NCBI GenBank assembly: GCA_029717555.1
Contig: JAMDHS010000108.1
Location: forward strand, 1 to 64,000
Source: Peribolospora baueri
Taxonomy: Eukaryota
Length of the DNA: 64,000 bases
Direction: 5' to 3'
A model generated the notes under the pieces. The model saw nothing but the letters and a program-made list of their open reading frames with translations, was not told the DNA's origin and searched no databases. Positions within the stretch are counted from its first letter, which is position 1, and each line of letters starts with the position of its first letter. Position numbers and translations under genes: made by a program. This document shows, in pieces, positions 11,906-25,133 of this stretch.

Positions 11906-12852
11906 GGCCGTTGGAGGAGAGAAGCGGTGCTGGGCTCGGCCGCCTTTTTCTTGGCTTCTACCCGTCTTGTCTTGTCTCGTATCGTGTCGTATCGTGTTGT
12001 GTCGTCGTCCCTTCACTCTTCTTGTGGGCGGTGGTTATCTCTGAGCGGAGACGAGGGAAAGGAAGAGGAGGGGATGATAAGAGATGGGTGGACGGACGGG
12101 TGGATCGGGTGGATGGCTGGACGGATGGATGGGGTGGAGTGGGAAGGCGAGATAGGGCGAGGGGATGGCGAGAGAAGGGGAGAAAGGGACGACGAAGGCC
12201 GGGCCGGGCTTGAGTTGGCTTGGCTGGAGTGAAGTGGGAGGTGGATGATGGGTGGTGGGGATGAGATTGGGAATATGATATGGGATGGGATGAGATGGGA
12301 TGGTGGGAGCGAGAAGGAGAGAAAGGAAAGAAGGAAGGCGTTTATCATATCATGATATCGGTCCAATCTCTTCCTTCCTTCCTTCCTTCCTTCCTTTGCC
12401 CCTCACAAACAGCCTCCAAACATATTTAAAGCCGACGACGACCGCCCATCCTCACCGCCATCCATCCCCGACCAGCTGCTTCCTTCGCAGGCCCGGCCAG
12501 ATAAGGGGGGACAAGCGGGCAGACACGTAGACAGACAGACAAGCAGACACGCAGACAGAGAGACAACAGGAGACAGCCTGGCGGATGGATGGACACGACA
12601 GCAGGATAGCAACATGCGCCCGCGCTATGAGCTGGCTGGCCACAGAGACACACACGGCACTGTCATGTCCACCTCGTCTCCTCTTCGTTCCTTCGTTCGT
12701 TCGTCCATTCGCTTGCTCGCTCTCGATACCCACTCCACTCGGCTATCGTCGTCAACACACGCTGGCCCGTCGCCTCCCAGCGCGGCGCTTGTCGTTGTGG
12801 TCGTCGCTGGGGACGAATAAGCGCATCGTCGTGCTCGTCGCCGCAGAATCAG

Positions 12853-12872
12853 CCAATCAGGCGCCGCCTAAT
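12853..12872 (+). promoter_or_regulatory. Candidate CCAAT-binding complex/HapX bipartite site (CSAAT-N12-RWT)
   Basis: CCAAT caggcgccgcct AAT, about 950 bp upstream of the sreA-like ATG. Confidence 0.35.
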
Positions 12873-14826
12873 TCAACGCGCGCCGTCGTCCACCCGCTCC
12901 CTTGCAAACCGGAGGACGACCAGACAGAACGACCGGACGACCAGAACAGACGACCGCACGACCCACGACCCACGACCCATGACGACTCCATTTATGCTAA
13001 TCCCCCCAGTCAGCCCCCCCTCAGGCTCGCTTGCGCTCGGCGGCCACACGGGTCGACTCGATAAGATGGGATGGCGTCCATCGCCGCAGCCAAAAACGAC
13101 TGCTGCGGACGCCCGCCAGGCCCGCTCCGACCGCTCCGAGTCGTCTCGCCCGTCCAGATCGCGATTTCAAACCGGCCGCTCCTATCAGATCTGAATAACA
13201 CCCGTCGCCCCCTGTACGAGCGAGTGAGTGGGCGAGACAGACAGACAGACACATTCAGGCAAGTCCACGCTCGCAACAGCATTCCATTCCATGCACCGCT
13301 CGTCCTGGTCCTCGTGTTCGACCGAGTGCGACGCGACGCGATGCGATGCTGTCGACTCGACGACCCCTCTCGACGCCCCTCCCTCTCTCCTTCCCTCCCA
13401 GCCAAGGCGGCCGGTTGCGTGTCACCGGACACGGTGCCGCGACGCCGGGCGCCATACAAACCGCTCGGTCGGTAGGTTGTAGGGGACCGGTCGGGTGCTT
13501 TAGGCCCGACCCGACCCCCACGCACGCATCTATCTACAATTCGCCGAAAATCGTTTCTCCATTCCCCCGTGTCCCGTGTCCCGTGTTCTATGAAACGTGT
13601 GCGCACGCGGAGAAGAGAAGAGGTGGGCCGGCCGGAGGAGTCGAGCCGGTCTCCGGCTTGCAAGCCGCGGACGGCAACGAAACGACGATCGACGATGGTA
13701 CGGGCTGGGGTTCAGGTTGGATTGGATTTGGACTGGATTGGATTAGATTAATCTAGGATCGGATTGGATTGGTTTGGATTGGATGCGACCGTGGCCATGA
13801 CGGCGACCGTGACCGCCTGAATTTGGCTTCGATTTGCTCGTCGCACTGACAAGCAAGGGAGGAGGGGAGGACCGACGTCGAATCGACCCTCCACTTAACG
13901 TACTAGTCTTTTCTTGGCTCCGTCGCGACTCTGACTGACGACTGGGCCGACATGGTGGGTAGAGGAAAGATACGAACGATAGCCGTCGGAGACCATGCAC
14001 GCTCTAGGGCGTTTCTGCAATGCGAGCCAGCGAGCGAGCGAGCATTGACTGACTGACTGGCTGGCGGCTGGCCGCGACGACCGACCGGGTCGGTGGTCGA
14101 ATGAAAGGTCCGATCCGATTCCATTCCACTCTCTCCCACCGGCGACTGACTGCTCGGCGACGGAAGAAGAAGAAGTAAATGACGCGCACCACGTTCTTCT
14201 TCTTGTCTTGTCTTGTCCTGTCCTGTCCTGTCCCCTGCTTCTCCTGGGAGACGCTCACAGGGAGGGATAGAGGGAAACAAGAACGAGGAGGCGTCGTCCG
14301 GTCGCTGTCCGCTTGCGCCCCGTCTTCTTCCCACGTCGAGCTCCACCCCGAGCTCGACTCGCCGCTGAGACCGACCGAACCGAGCCGCGCGCGGCGGCCG
14401 TCGGGCCCGGGCCGATCAAACGCGGGCAAGAAAGACTGATGATTTGATGATGATCTGATGGCAGATAGATGGATTGGACAGACAAGAACTGATCGCTTCC
14501 ATCCCGTCCTTCTTCCTTCCTCCCGTCTCTGCCGCTCGTGACAATCCCAATCCCGACCACGGACATCCTCCCTCCGTCGTCATCCGCATCTTCTTCATCT
14601 TCATCTTGCCCTCCGCTACCCATCTCCATCCCAACCCCCATCCCTCCTCCTCTCCATCTTTATCTCCTCCACCCCCTCCACCGAGCCCCCGCTCGCCCCG
14701 CTCCTCCTTTCCTCCTTCCTTCCTCTCCCACACCACCCCATCCCCCCGGTTCAGCTCGGCCCGCCGAGAACCCAACCCCCCACCCCACCCCGCTCTGCAC
14801 CACCCCCTCCGCCCGCGACCGCAACG

Positions 14827-17800
14827 ATGGCCCTCCCTCCACAGGACCCGACGCCCATGTCCTCCTCCGTCCTCGCAGAAATGCACTCCACCCTGGACGG
14901 TTACGACACCCCCGCCGGATCCCGCCCCCAAACCCCCGGCGTCGACGGACGCCACCGCCACGAGATCCATAAGCTCCGTAGGCATGCCGCTGGCTCTTCT
15001 GGCCCGCTTAAGAAGTTGCTCGTCGCCAACAGGGGTGTGAGTGGAATGGGTCGCCGCTTTCGTCCCCCTTTTTTTTTTCCCGCCGTCGTCGCCTGCGATG
15101 GATGGATGGATGGCCTCTCGCGTCATGTTCCGCGCGGCGACCGACCTCGCTCCAGCGCTCGGCGAAGCTCACTCCGCCCCGTATTTCCCTCCTGCTGTCC
15201 CTATGCTTCCCTTTTCGGGTTGCCCTCCCAGGAAATCGCCATTCGAGTCTTCCGCACGGCTCACGAGCTGGCCATGACCACCGTCGCCCTCTACTCTTTC
15301 GAGGACCGGCTCAGCGCCCACCGCTACAAGGTTAGCCTCGCGTTTCTTCGGTTGAGACCGGGAAAGGCAGTCAGACTGTTTTGTCTATCTATCCTCCCTC
15401 CTTCGCCCACCCCACCGCCCTTCCTTCTCTTCCCGCTCTTTTCTACCGGCTCTCGTCCGCCTGCCGCCGGTACGCGACGACAGCCGGTTTCACGTGCTCG
15501 TCTCGCCCGCTGGGACACCCTGAACCTCCTGAACCCTGACGGACGGACAGACGGAACGGCTGGCTGACAGTGACGCCTCTCTCTCTTTTGTCCTCGTACC
15601 CCCCCTCTCTTCCCTTCTCCTGTCCCCCGGCCCCGGATGTAGGCCGACGAAGCATATCAAGTCGGCAGGGGCCTCACTCCCGTCGCCGCCTACCTCTCAC
15701 AGGAGGACATTATCAGGATCGCCCTCGAGCATGATGTGGACATGGTGCGTCGCGTCGGATAGATACGCCTCGGATGAGGAGGGGGGCGATTTGTGAGGAT
15801 GCCGTGTCCTCATCCCTCCTCCTTCCCTCCCCCTGCCCTCCCTGCCCCCCTTCTAGATCCACCCCGGCTATGGCTTCTTGTCCGAAAACGCAGACTTTGC
15901 GCGCAAGGTCGAGGAAGCCGGTATCTCTTTCATCGGTCCCCGCCCCGAGACCATTGATGCGCTCGGCGACAAGACCAAGGCCAGGACTCTTGGTGAGCGA
16001 GCGGGGGAGCGGGAGAACGAGCGAGTTAGCTCTTAATCACCGTACAGGGCTCAACGATCACCCCACCCCCTCTTGCGTTTCCTCTCTCGCCTCGGCAGCC
16101 ATGAAGGTCGGCGTGCCCGTCGTGCCCGGCACGCCCGGACCCATCGAGTCGTACGACAAGGCGGCCGGCTTCATCAAGGAGCACGGCTTCCCGGTCATCA
16201 TCAAGGCGGCCATGGGCGGCGGCGGACGCGGGATGCGAGTCGTGCGCGAGGAGAAGGACTTTAAGGACAGCTTTGAGCGCGCCGTGTCCGAGGCTAAGAG
16301 CGCTTTTGGAGACGGTACCGTCTTCATCGAGCGCTTCTTGGACAAGCCTCGTCATATCGAGGTCCAGATCCTCGCCGACAACGAGGGCAACGTCGTCCAT
16401 CTCTTCGAGCGTGACTGCTCCGTCCAGAGGAGGCACCAGAAGGTGAAGTCCCTTCTTCCCCGTCGAGCACCTCACCGTTTCTTTCCCCGTGTTCTGTTCT
16501 GATCCTCGATCCCCCCCGCCTTCAGGTCGTCGAGGTCGCGCCCGCAATGAACTTGCCCGAAGAGACTCGCCAGGCGATCCTCAGTGACGCCCTCAAGCTC
16601 GCCAGGGCCGTCGGCTACCGCAACGCCGGCACGGCCGAGTTCTTGGTCGACAGCCAGGGACGTCGGGCGTTCATCGAGATCAACCCGCGCATCCAGGTCG
16701 AGCACACGATCACCGAGGAGATCACCGGCATCGACATTGTCGGCGCTCAGATCCAGATCGCCGCCGGCGCGACGCTCAAGGACCTCGGCCTGTTGCAGGA
16801 GAACATCCAGAAGCGCGGTTTCGCCATTCAGTGCCGCATCACCACCGAAGACCCCGCGTCGGGCTTCCAGCCGGACACGGGCAAGATCGAAGTCTACCGC
16901 TCCGCCGGCGGCCGCGGCGTCCGTCTCGACGCCAGCTCCGGGTTTGCCGGTGCCCAGATCACGCCCCACTACGATTCGCTGCTCGTCAAGGTGACTGTCA
17001 ACGGCGCCACGTACGAGGTCGCTCGTCGAAAGATGCTCCGCGCCCTCGTCGAGTTCCGCATCCGTGGCGTCAAGACCAATATTCCCTTCCTTTTCCGCCT
17101 CATCACTCACGACGTCTTCGTTGGTGGCAGGACCTGGACGACGGTGAGCCAACCGTCCTCCTCTTCTTCTTTTTCGTCGTCGTCGTCGTCGACCGCTCTT
17201 TCGAGCCCTGTTCAAGCCGCCGGCTGATCCACCTCATCCGACTCTGCTTTGTTTTTTGTTTTTTGTTTTTTCCCTCTTTCTCTTTTACGTTCCGCAGTTC
17301 ATCGACGACACTCCCGAGCTCTTCAACCTCGTCCAGAGCTTGAACCGAGCTCAGAAGCTGCTCGCCTACCTGGGCGACGTGGCCGTCAACGGTAGCCAGA
17401 TCAAGGGTCAGGTCGGCCTTCCGGGCCTCAAGCACGACATCGCCATCCCCCAGCTGTCCGATCCCTTCGATCCCGAGAAGCCTCTCGACACCTCCAAGCC
17501 GTGCACGGACGGATGGAGGAACATCATCGTCAACCAGGGCCCCGAGGCGTTCGCCAAGGCCGTCCGCGCGTACAAAGGCACCCTCATCATGGACACCACC
17601 TGGCGCGACGCCCACCAGAGCTTGCTCGCCACCAGGCTTCGTACGGTCGACATGGTGAACATTGCCAAGGAGACGTCTTGGGCAATGAAGAACGCCTTCT
17701 CGCTCGAATGCTGGGGTGGCGCCACCTTTGACGTGGCGATGCGCTTCCTCTACGAGGACCCCTGGGACCGGCTGCGCAAGCTCCGCAAGCTCGTGCCCAA

Positions 17801-19999
17801 CATCCCCTTCCAGGCGCTCATCCGCGGCGCCAACGCCGTCGGCTACACCTCGTACCCGGACAACGCGGTGTACGAGTTCAGCAAGAAGGCCGTCGAGAAC
17901 GGCCTGGATATCTTCCGCGTGTTCGACAGCCTGAACTACTTTGAGAACATGAAGATCGGCATCGACGCTGCCAAGAAGGCCGGAGGTGTCGTCGAGGGCA
18001 CCATCTGCTACTCCGGCGACGTGGCCAACCCGAAGAAGCACCCCAAGTACACGCTTGAGTACTACCTCAACTTTGCCGAGCAGCTCGTCAACGAGGGTAT
18101 TCACATCCTCGGTATCAAGGACATGGCCGGTCTCCTCAAGCCCGAGGCGGCCAAGATGTGGGTCCGCGCCGTCCTCCGTTCCCGTCCTTGTCGACATTGC
18201 ATCGCATCCAGACCTCCGTAATCCTCGTCGTTCTGACATTTTTTCTCTCTCTCTCTCTCTCTCTCTCCCCCCGTCATACCTCCGCCGCAGGCTCATCGGC
18301 GCGCTTCGCAACAAGTTCCCCGACGTGCCCATCCACGTTCACTCCCACGACACCGCCGGTATCTCGGCTGCGAGCATGATCGCCTGCGCCGCCGCCGGCG
18401 CCGACGTCGTCGACGTCGCGATCGACAGTGAGTGGGAATGCGTTCGCGTCTCCTCACGAGAGTTTATGTTTTCCTCTTTGCTGATTCGTGTGTGTGAAAA
18501 TCGCACTCGCTTCGTATGCGCGCAGGCATGTCCGGTCTCACCTCCCAGCCTGCCATGGGCGCCGTCGTCTCCGCTCTCGAGCAGACCGGCCTCGGCCCCG
18601 GCATTCGCCACGACGACATCCAGGCGCTCAACCTCTACTGGTCCCAGGTCCGTATGCTGTACAGCTGCTTCGAGGCCAACGTCAAGTCCTCCGACTCGGG
18701 CGTCTTCGACCACGAGATGCCAGGTGGACAGTACACCAACCTGCTCTTCCAAGCCTCTCAGCTCGGCCTCGGCTCGCAGTGGATCGAGGTCAAGAAGGCG
18801 TACATCGAGGCGAACAAGCTCTGCGGAGACATCATCAAGGTCACGCCTTCGTCCAAGGTCGTCGGCGACTTTGCCCAGTTCATGGTCACCAACAAGCTCA
18901 CCGCCAAGGACGTCCTGGAGCGCGCCGACAAGCTCGACTTCCCCAGTTCGATCGTCGAGTTCTTCCAAGGCTACCTCGGCCAGCCCGTCGGCGGCTTCCC
19001 GGAAGACCTGCGCAAGAAGATCACGCGCGGCAAGAAGCTCATCGACGGCAGGCCTGGCGCAGACATGCCTCCCGTCGACCTGCCCAAGATCAAGGCGGAC
19101 CTGCAGGCCAAGTACGGCAAGGGCATCACGTCGACCGACGTCATGTCCTACGTTATGTACCCCAAGGTCTTCGAGGACTTCCGCGAGTTCATCGACAAGT
19201 ACGGTGACCTCAGCGTCCTCCCCACACGCTACTTCCTCGCCAAGCCTGAAATTGGCGAGGAGATGTTCGTCACCATCGAGGCGGGCAAGGTGCTCCTCAT
19301 CAAGCTCCTCGCCGTCGGCCCCATCGACACTGAGCGCGGCACTCGTGAGGTCTTCTTCGAGATGAACGGCGAAGTGAGTTCCTCACGCCATCCGTTGCCG
19401 CCGTTTACCGCCCTGCGTCGTTTCCTGACCGCGCCGTTTCGTTCGTGTCCCTTTCTTTTTTATTCCTCGCCCTTCAGGTCCGTACGATCACCGTCACCGA
19501 TACCTCGGCTGCCATCGACACCGTGCACCGCGAGAAGGCCACCAACGAGCCTGGCTCTGTCGGCTCGTGAGTCTCGTCTCGCTTCGCTCTCTTTTCCATT
19601 GCCGCGCATCTCTGTCGTCCTCCTCGCTCATCTCATTCCGTCGTCCTTCGTCGCCTCTCCATCACCCCTTTCCGTCCATCCACTCTTCAGCCCGATGAGC
19701 GGCGTGATCGTCGAGGTCCGCGCCAAGGAAGGACACGAGGTCAAGGCCGGCGACCCGCTCTTCATCCTTTCGGCCATGAAGGTGAGTTGCTTTTCGTCGT
19801 CGTCGTCATATCCATCCAGACCGCTCTTCCCCGACGAGGTCGGTTCGGCACGCTGATCCCTCCCTCATGCTGGGCCCGCCAAAACGAACAGATGGAGACG
19901 GTCATCTCTTCCCCCGTCTCAGGCCACATTGGCCGCGTACTCGCCTCCGAGTCCGATTCGGTCGCCCAAGGAGACCTCTTGGCCGAGATCAAACACTAG
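14827..19999 (+). CDS. PYC: Pyruvate carboxylase (biotin carboxylase, carboxyltransferase and biotinyl domains), 12 exons
   Basis: Motifs [91 protein letters not shown] and SAMK|MET. Introns at 15037-15231, 15331-15642, 15745-15856, 15993-16098, 16443-16525, 17144-17297, 18158-18290, 18428-18525, 19374-19477, 19567-19690 and 19782-19891. An alternative start is ATG 14857. Confidence 0.97.
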
Positions 20000-20320
20000 A
20001 GGTCGAAGCGAAAGGAAACCCCTGTATCTGACCGATCAATCATGGTTCTTGGATAGGAAGTCTTTTTCTCGTCTCGTTCGCGCTTTTTTCTTTGCTACTG
20101 CCCTTCTTCTTCACCCTGTACATCTGGTTAGACGGGGTGGAAGGCAAGTGAACTGGAATCAAATACGAAATGCGATGTCAAACCCGCTTTCCGACGAGTT
20201 CGGACCCCTTTCCTGACCCCGGCAGTGCCGCAGCTGATCGCGCCGCTGGACATCAGTAGAGTCGTTCCCGACGTTCGCTCGTCCTTTCCTTCCCGCCTCC
20301 ATCCTTCCTCCGGTCGAGGC

Positions 20321-22792
20321 ATGCCAGAAGTCCTCTACCACTGCTCTTGCCTCGCCCCTTCGGCCGCCCCTCCGGCCTTTGGCAGGCCGAGCTCGAGCTA
20401 TTCCTTCCATCGCCTCGACCACCTCTATTTTTGCGAGGAGTGCGACGCCATCAGGTGCGGCCGATGTCTGGCCGTCGAGATCACCTGTTATTACTGCCCG
20501 AACTGTCTCTTCGAGGTGCCTGGAGCTAGTGTCCGGCAGGAGAAGAACAGGTGAGTGGTTATAGCAACCCTTTTTTCGCCGTTCCGGACCGAAGGGACGC
20601 TCCCCGTTTTGTGAAGTGACAACTTCGAGGAGAGCTCACTCTGACGCTGGGCCGGCTTGCCACTCCTAAACAACCCTCTCTCCCATCAACCGTATAGATG
20701 TGCGCGCAACTGCTTCGTCTGTCCCTCGTGCACCAACACTCTCTCCGTCGTCGCCTCGGACCCTACCTCCGGCGCCGCTCTGACGAGCACGGGAGCCAGC
20801 ATCGGAGAGCCGCCTTACTATCTCTCATGCGGATTTTGTCGGTGGGATAGCAAGGAGGTCGGCATCACGTTCGAGAAGCCTACGGGACTTACGTGTAAGT
20901 GGTCCCACTAGCGTGCCGACGATATCGGATTCCGTTCGCTGCCCGCGCGTCCTGTCCTTGCTCAAGGTTGACTGGCATCCGACTCGGACAGTGCAACTAC
21001 AGAAGTTCGAGGACCTCGCGCCGGACGTTTTGGAGGTGGATCATCTGCGCGACTTTTACGAACCCTTCGTGCGCTCCCATTCGACGAGTACTTTGTCAGG
21101 TGTCGCGCCTTCCTCCACCTCCTCTGCCGCCATAGTCGCCTCTGCTGCGTTGAACTCCTCCCTTCTCAGGGATATCCCCGGTCTCGCCAACTCGCGTTAT
21201 GCCAGCGGCCTGTTTGGCATCGGTGGGAGAGGCGCGAGGGGAGCGGGAGCGCTAGAACCGAAAGAGGACCTGGCACGGTACGAGGCGCTGAGCCCGGCCG
21301 CCAGCGGAGAGGGGAGGGGAGAAGGCAGGGTGGGCAAGGTGGGCCGGAGAGAGGAGCGGAGGATCGAGACGATCAAGTACCTCAAGGACGCCGACGAAGC
21401 GACGAGCCTCGAGCAGCGATGGAATAGCCCCTGGGACCAGCCCGTACGAGCGAGGTGAGTGAGGCAATGGGTCGTCGCCAGCGGGCCCGCTCAGTTAGGA
21501 TGCGGCTGACGACGGTTCTCGCTTGCACGCCCGCATGGCTTCAGCGACCTCAAACCACAGCGTGTGCCGCTGCAAGCGAAACAGAGCAAGAGGTGCCCTG
21601 TGTGTCGGCACATTATCATCAAGCCCGACCAGAAGGCGACGACATTCAAGTTCAAGATGCGGCTGCTCGCCATCACCCTCCTCCCCAACATAGACATCGT
21701 CCCGTCCACTTCTCCCTTGGCAATGTATTCTTCAGCCTTGACCTCCGGCGCGGGATCGCGTCTTTCTCAATTGAACGCCCGACGACGGATCAATCCCGTT
21801 CCTGCAGGCGCTTCTCAGCTGTCCTCCTCTTCTCCTAGCGGCGCGTCCGTCGGTCCGCCCGAAGAGGACGTCTTGGTGGCTGGTAAATCGTACACGTACG
21901 AGCTCACCTTCACCAATCCCACCTACGATCCCATTGACGTCCGCCTCAACATCGCCCGTCCCGTCCAGCTGAACCCGCGCAGTCCGACGAGCAAATCGCC
22001 GACGATCGAGGCCGGCTCTGGCAGCGGCGCGGCGCAGGCGACGAACTCGAGTCATTCATCCACGACCGCGCGCCTTCCTTGGACGGTGTCCATTCCCGCT
22101 TCTTCCTTCTCCGTTTCGGCCTATAACGACGCGCTGGAGCTGGAGGAAGACGAGGAGGGACTGTTCGAAGGCATCGGCGTGTCGCGAAAGACGGACGAGG
22201 AGGACGACGTTGGCAGTGACGAGGAAGAGGGGAGTGACGACGACGTTTTCGACGGCGATCGCAGGCGGAGCTCTCGTTACGGTACTGGTGGTAGGAGGAA
22301 GGGACGGAAGGAATATGGACTGTTGGGAAGGAAGGGTAACAAGACGACGGTTACCTTGGAGTTGGTCGTGTCTAAGGAAGCCGAGGGCGACATCGAGGTG
22401 AGTTCGGGTTGTAGTATCAAACGTGCGCCGTACGAAGGCACGTCTGCTGTCTTCCTCCCTGCGCCGGTGACCCGACCTAACGTACTCGACAAATGCCCTT
22501 TTTCCACTCGCAGTTCGGCCTTAATGTCTTCTACTCCTGGCGCGAACAGCCAGAAGAGCCCTCCTCCCCGCGTCGCCAATCAAAGTCACCATCAACTCCG
22601 GCGCCAGAAGCCGACGATCCGGAGGCGGAGCTGCGCACTTTCTCCTTCTGGTCGCTCGTCAAGCTCGGCAGGATCGTTCCGCGCGAGGAGCCTTCTTCCT
22701 CCTCGCACAGGCACAGCATGGCAGGCGCGGGCGGACCTGGTTCGGTCACGGATGAGAGGAAAATCAGGAAGAGGACGTCGATGGCGTTTTGA
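20321..22792 (+). CDS. DCTN4: Dynactin p62 subunit, 5 exons
   Basis: Exons 20321-20550, 20698-20894, 20992-21454, 21545-22397 and 22514-22792. Zn-binding motifs LYFCEECDAIRCGRC, YYCPNCLFEV, RCARNCFVCPSC, YYLSCGFCRWDS and KRCPVCRHIIIKP, plus LTFTNP. Confidence 0.92.
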
Positions 22793-23137
22793 CTCGCTCT
22801 CCTTGTAAGACATTCGCATCGTTCTTTCAGCGCACATACCCACATTGCAAACCGTTCCACCGGAACCAGATTACATGTGGGATCTGCGTCGCGATCTGAG
22901 AGGATGGCCTGCGTCGACACGTTGTCAAGACGCCGCTGGCCGAAAAAAAAAAAAAAGCTGCCGAACACATCTGAGACACGGAACGGAGGAAGCTGCACGG
23001 CTCGGTGATAATGGCGTTGATTGAAAGGTTTTCTTCGATCTCGTAGGAGTAACGAGCGGATCAGGAAAGAGCTCGTCGTTCGGGGAACTCGTTGAAAACG
23101 CGAGCGGAGGCGCGAGTTACTAAAGGCTATTGAGGCT

Positions 23138-24565
23138 TCAGCGCCTCAGGTATTGCGAGGACGCGCTCAAAGAGGCGATCGCGTCGCGGGTGACTTCATG
23201 CACAATTTCCTGTAAATTTTTCCAAGGTCAATAGGGCGGCGGTGAGAACCGGAGATCACCTCTAGAGAGGGGGAGCAAGAAGATCGAAACGGACCACCCA
23301 TTCCACTCACACCAGCGTCCTTGATCTCCTTTACCAACCCCACGCCCGTACCCGCCCATGTCACGATGCGCCGCAGGTCCTTCTTCTCGGCAGCGGCCTT
23401 GTACGAGCTCCTCAACTTGTCCATGTCCAACGTGTCAGCTGCGTACTCCTCGACAGTCAAATTCCGGATCCCTCTTCCGTCCACGCCCTCCGGCCATCCG
23501 ATCGTGCCTCGAGCGTGATCGAACGCCATCGTTCTGACCGTGTCCGTCGACGTGCTTTCGAGTAGGAGGTTCTTCTGCTCAGCAGTGTAGAGAGCCTGCG
23601 GAGTGGCGAGGAAGCGGGTGCCTAAACCCATGCCCGACGCGCCGAGAGAGAGCATGGCAGCGAGATGCGAACCTACGGCCAAGCCGCCTGTCGCAATGAC
23701 GGGCGGCGGCTCCTTCGTCAGCTCTGGTAGGAGGCGGGTGAGGGCGGGGAGTATAGAGAGCAGAGGCGGGGCGGAGGAGGAGCCGTGACCGCCGGCTTCC
23801 GCGCCTAGAGTTGGCAATCGATGCGACGTCAGAGCCTCAAGTCGAGCCAGTTTCCTCCTCGACGGACGCTTAATGGCTCACTTTGGACAGCCAAAACGTC
23901 CGCTCGGCACTCCACTACCGCCTTCCTCGCTTCCTCCTCATTCCCTACCAGCACGAACAACTTCACGCGATCCTCTCCCCCATTCAGCTCCTCGTCCCTC
24001 TTGCGCACCAACTGAGACCAGTGGACAATGTCGTCGCCAAAGGCAAGCCATATGGCCATCGGTCTCGCTCGAAGGACGACGTCAATCAGGGCTGCCGAGT
24101 CTTGGTCCGGGAGGCTAGACAGAATCCAAACCAGGAAGCCTACGCCGATAGGCAACCTCGTGGAGGGTGCGACGGGGACATGGGAGGAGGCGAGGGAGAG
24201 CTGCTCGGACAGCTGAGAGGGTGTCATGTAGCCTTAACAATGCATCGTGCAGCATGAGAGAGATGGGGCATTCACATGAGCAACATTCTTGGTCTGCAAC
24301 TATCCCAAGTCGAACATCAGTCATAGCGTGACTTGACCCACCGGCCCCTATGAAGCCCAACCCTCCGGCGGCGGAGACGGCTCCAGCCAGCTGTCCTCCG
24401 CCGGCCATGGCCATGGGACAGCAGACGATCGGCGTCCCAATACCTTTGTATCAGTCGCCAAGGCCAAAAGGGAGACAGGTCAGCCTTTGAGACATTCTGG
24501 GTGATCGGACGGTCGACGTCATATGCACCGAGGAGGTCGGTGAATGGCGTCTTGATGCGAGCCAT
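23138..24565 (-). CDS. Nitronate monooxygenase / 2-nitropropane dioxygenase family flavoprotein
   Basis: MARIKTPFTDLLG start; PMAMAGGGQLAGAVSAAGGLGFIG, PIGVGFL, EAGGHG, PVIATGGL, LGASGMGLGTRFLAT and WAGTGVGLVKEIKDAG. Last exon 23209-23138. Confidence 0.9.
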
Positions 24566-25133
24566 GGGAGGCGAGATGTTCACGAAGTGGGGTAGGTAGG
24601 GAATCTCGGCAACCTCGTCGACTTTGAAGATGGTTGTTCGAAAGGAAGGACAGCTGTCCGTGTTTTGTAGCAAATGTTGGCGCTCATCACGGCGTGACTC
24701 GACCCGACTCATCCCGTAGAGGTGATCGAGTCAATAGCGCGGGGTAAGCATCTGTTTAATATCTATCCATTTCACTTTTTAACCGCGATAACGAGATGGT
24801 CTTTGCTGAATGTCGACGGCGACCGGAACGGGCGCAAAATGGGACGGACGACTATGACTGCAAGTACCACGGAGGTTGAAGCGTTCGCGACGAGGTCAGC
24901 GGCTGAAGCACCATGACGGTTATACCCAAGTCGCTGCTCACCGGTGGCCCGGGGACAGATTTGGCTACGCAGTGTGGGGTGCTCCGTCCGCGTGGAGCGT
25001 GAGAAGATCTGATAAGATGCCGTATAGCACTCGACCACTCGTCTGCCGCGTCGCACACCTTTCTCCTCACTCTCCATTATTCCAGTCCAGACGCTGGCAA
25101 AACACCAAGGCGGAGCGCCCGACTCGTTTGATC

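Noticed and set aside
12000..14800. Numerous short ORFs and simple repeats (GGAT, CAGA, GGATT, CCTT) between sreA and PYC
   Set aside because: Low-complexity microsatellites typical of all intergenic DNA here. There is no spacer structure (not CRISPR) and no coding signal.
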